DNA of 64,000 bases, from NCBI GenBank assembly GCA_973895155.1, contig OZ316892.1, positions 10,768,283 to 10,832,282 of the forward strand. Direction: 5' to 3'. Source of the DNA: Marsupella aquatica (taxonomy: Eukaryota > Plantae > Marchantiophyta). Position numbers and translations under genes: made by a program. The notes beneath the pieces were generated by a model, which saw only the letters and a program-made list of their open reading frames with translations, had not been told where the DNA came from and did not search any database. Shown here one piece after another: positions 60,486 to 64,000 of this stretch. Each line of letters starts with the position of its first letter. Position 1 is the first letter of the stretch.

Positions 60486-62400
60486 ATGCCTGGGAGGTGA
60501 CGAGGTTTTTTCGTGATAGGTTTTTTCCAGCGTTCAATGTCGATGGGACATTCGGAGTTTCGTCGCATGAAACTTGAATGTGTGTGGCTGCGCGGATAGG
60601 TTAGTGAGAGGGCTTTCTAACGATGGTTAGAACTCGCTGATCGGTATCCGTGGTGCAGAGGAATCAAAATTTGCGTCGTTCAGGGTTTATTCGTGTTTGA
60701 CGGTATTTTGGGGAAGAGACCAGAGTTCGCGTCTTTCAACGGAGTGAGCTGTGCGGTGCGGGAGGGATCGCACATTATAGCTCAAGTTGAAGGTTGATGC
60801 GAGCTGGTCGTTTCGATAGCAGGATTGCTGCCGAGTTGTTACCGAGTGCGACGTGATGAGTGAAGGAGGCGTTCAGGTTTTTTCACAAGCTATGGAGCTT
60901 GTTCACATCTGAACCGGGTTTCTCTTCGTGACGTCCGACTTGGTGGAAGAAACATGAAGTGCTACGGCTCAACGGTTTGATCGCGACGAGGTGGTCATTT
61001 TGAGTCCGGGATTGGCACTTGACGCAGAGTGAAGACAACGCGGCGGAAATTTTCTACTCTGCTGAAGCTGCAAACTGTGCCGGTGAAATTTGGCAACATT
61101 TACCGTCGGCGGCGTTCATTTTTCTCGTTGGAAACGGCGGCGGCAAAGGTGAGTAATTGCCTTTTTTCTATGGGGGGTCATTTTTTGATTTAAGGGGGGT
61201 TTTAGAGGGTTTTTCAGTGTGTATACACACGAGGGCCCCATACTCCCCCGCGTACGTTTTTAAATTAGGGCCCCGCCATCCGTGTTCCCCCCCTCTCCCC
61301 CCCGCACCCTGAATACACGGCGCAACGACGAGCTGCGCAGCGCCGGCCGGCGCCTTACGCGCGCTCGTCCCCCGACACACGCACCCCCTTTCCCTGCCTT
61401 AGGGAAATTGCCGGCAGCGCCCCCCCCCCCCCCGTGCTCGCCCGGGCGACCCCGCCCTCCTCCCTGCCCTTGTAAACTTAGGCCGGCCCTGCCGTGCCTT
61501 AACGGCCCCCCCCTTGCCACCGAACTCCTGGTCGCCTCGCCTCGCGAATGCGACCCCGTCTGGTGCCGGCCCTGCCCCTTGCCGGTCGCCCTCACGCCCT
61601 CCTCGCAAATTCCTCCCCTTGTAAATGCCCGGCCAGATACACGTATACTCCCTGGCCCGCCTCGCGTTTTGGGGCGTATTTCAGTTTAAGGGGCCTTAGC
61701 ACCCCCTTTAGGGCACTTTTAATAGCATTTTTTTGTCCCTCTTGTTTTACTTGGTGCCGGGACCTGCCGCCCTCCGTTTTAACCGCTCTGACAGGGGGAA
61801 CGGCCCCCTGTGAGTACTGCTGTACTGTGCGGGAATATTCCCGAAAAACAGAGAGCTGTTTTTTGGCCGTCCGATGAAGATTCCGTCCGCCGAACGTTAA
61901 CTTTTTTGGTTCTTTTTCGGCGAGGATGTTGCCATTGGAGTTAGCAACGCGGCGCACCGATCACATCGCGATTCCGACGACGGGTTGTACTGGGTATTTT
62001 GGTTATTCTCCGAGGTGGTCAAAACGGGGGAGTTTCCCAAGGTTTTACCCACCCCGACTGAAATCTGAATAACTTTTCCGTCGAATTTTGATTTTGATTT
62101 CGGCTTTTAGTATTGGACTCCTAGCTTCGTGGGCTACGCGGCGGTGTTGAGTTTTGAGTTTTGTGAGAAGTTTCGAAAAAAGACATTTTTTCGTGATTGT
62201 TTCATATGAGTGACTCGGAGGATACTGGAAGAATTGGCGTCGATAAAGCTTCAAGATCGTGACGGTCAGACGGAGAGTCTGAGGAGGAGCTGCTTCCATT
62301 TGAGGAAGAACTAGTGACACCGGTACGATCACCGGTGCGGCGTGCAGTGGAGGAAGCTGTGTTACTACCAGAGCTGTCGGTAGTTGGAAAGAAGAGGGAG

Positions 62401-63783
62401 ATGGCTAGATTTGGAGGAGTGAAGTTTGAGGTGGAGAAGTACGATGGTCGTACTGATTACTTGCTGTGGGAGAAGCAAGTGAAGGGTGTTCTTCGGGCCA
62501 TGGGCTTAGCTCATCTGCTCTCTTCGCGAGAGCAGTATGATGGAGAGGAGGAGATCTCAGAGAAGCAGTGGAGACAGGAGCAGGTGATTGCTATTAATGC
62601 AGTGATGCTTTATCTGAAGCCGCACATCATCAAGTAGCTGGATGATTATGCGGATTGCGCATCACTGTTCAAGGCTCTAAGAGAGAAGTACTACCGGGAA
62701 GATGCGTCAGACTGGCTGTACAAGAAGTCTCTCTTGATGAGCCTCAGGCTCAAGGAAGGGAGCAAGATGCAGGATCACTTGGATGAGTTTGACAGTCTAG
62801 CGGTGGATCTGTCAAACCTGGGAAAAGGAGTTGAAGATGAGGATAAGGCCTTGCTTCTGCTAAGCTCCTTACCGCCGTCATATCAGGGCTTGAAACAGGT
62901 GCTCTTGTACAGAGATCTGAAGTCCATTTCGTATAATGAGGTGGTGAGCTCTTTACTGTCTGATGATGCTCAAAAGAAGTTGGGTCAATCACAGACAGCA
63001 TCTTCTTCTGACACTGCGCCGAATGTGAACCGTGGGAGAGCAGCGCAGCGCTCAAATGGACAGAACAGGTTTAGATCTACATCACGGGGGAGATCTAAAT
63101 CCAGAGGAAAATCGCAAGAGAGAAAGCCTCTTGCATGTTGGAATTGTGGCAAGCCTGGCCACATGAAAAGGGATTGTCGAGTAAAGGTCCCTACTGCCTC
63201 TGCTAATGCGGCATCGAGCTCGCATGAGGTAGATTTACTCGATGATGATGACATATTGTGATGTCAAGGTTATGCTCTCAACGTAGTGTCAAATCCAGGT
63301 AGTGATGACTGGATTCTAGATAGTGCATGTACTTTTCACATTTGCTCTAGGAGAGATTGTTTCAGTTCTTACAGGGTTTCCAACGGGTCAGTGTTGATGG
63401 GAAAGGGAATCCCATGTCATGTTGTTGGACTTGGATCTGTAAGATTTCAGATGTTTGATGGTGTTGTGAGAACGTTGAGGAATGTGAGACATATTCCCAG
63501 CATGATGAAAAATCTCATTTCACTTGGAGTTTTAGAAGCAAATGGCCATCAGTGGAGCTCTGCTAATGGTATCCTTCAGGTTTCAACTGGTACTAAAGTT
63601 GTATTGAAGGGAACGAGACATAGCAATCTATACGTTTTGGAGGGCAGTGTAGTTTGTGATGAAGCCAATGTAACCTTATCTCATGAGGAGACGGCCCGGC
63701 TGTGGCACTTCCGTTTGGGCCACATGAGTGAAAAAGGTTTGGTTATTCTTTAGAAGAAAGGATTACTTTCTAATTTGCAATCT
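62401..63783 (+). pseudogene. Copia gag-pol polyprotein with in-frame stops (62635, 63259, 63751)
   Basis: KFEVEKYDGRTDYLLW (gag N-term), EDEDKALLLLSSLPPSY (UBN2), CWNCGKPGHMKRDC (zinc knuckle), WILDSACTFHIC (aspartic protease), LWHFRLGHMSEKG (GAG-pre-integrase), all in one frame. Confidence 0.93.
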
Positions 63784-64000
63784 TGTAAGTAGTGGTGGCC
63801 CTCCCACCACGTGCCCGTCCAAACTCGTTTTCAGCCTTGAAACAAGTCGAACCTTGCACTAACACGGAATGTTGGGGCAAGTTCTCCCCGACTATACTCC
63901 TTGTCGTCAGCGACCCCTCCCATACGAAGCCGCACTTGCCCTCGTCAGCACAACCGTCGCTCAACGGTCTTTACTATCTGCACAAGCAACCAACCAATTG
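63784..64000. mobile_element. Probable nested insertion (LTR-like start TGTAAGT) interrupting copia pol before the integrase
   Basis: Copia coding similarity stops after KKGLLSNLQS, where the integrase zinc-finger CxxC should follow. The new sequence starts with TG and runs off the window. Confidence 0.6.

Larger units (their letters stand above)
60128..63783 (+). mobile_element. Ty1/copia LTR retrotransposon, 5' part: LTR 60128-60471, PBS 60474-60485, ~1.9 kb leader, gag-pol from 62401
   Basis: TGTTAG...CTCAACA followed by TGGTATCAGAGC (tRNA-iMet PBS); gag, protease and pre-integrase appear in copia order. Confidence 0.95.

Noticed and set aside
61168-61957. Overlapping Pro/Gly/Arg-rich ORFs
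   Set aside because: By-products of the GC-rich copia 5' leader; no domain motifs.

Overview
Eukaryotic land-plant genomic DNA with GT-AG introns and heavy transposon decay. Long intron-containing leaders and a bryophyte-type repetitive ORF suggest a non-seed plant such as a liverwort or moss (inference). Four intact genes can be built by hand: a 6-exon STICHEL-like (DnaX/clamp-loader AAA+) gene (24604-30396, +, 1470 aa), an LSD1/LOL zinc-finger gene with an uninterrupted CDS (45721-46107, -), a 6-exon fluoride exporter FEX (49555-52399, -, 465 aa) and a potato inhibitor I protease inhibitor (56140-56355, +). The rest is mostly mobile DNA: a decayed Ty1/copia element with 5' LTR, PBS and gag-pol, cut by a probable nested insertion; solo LTRs of two families with TSDs; a Harbinger transposase pseudogene; long-TIR non-autonomous elements; TTAA-bounded elements; and many short tandem duplications. 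The best leads are (i) a ~620-codon orphan ORF broken by one stop and flanked by long degenerate inverted repeats, (ii) possible post-transcriptional control of FEX (candidate poison exon, ~2.8 kb leader with uORFs and a duplicated element), and (iii) a TTAA-targeting TIR family. No rRNA, tRNA or CRISPR array was seen. All alignments were done by eye, so boundaries of degenerate elements are approximate.
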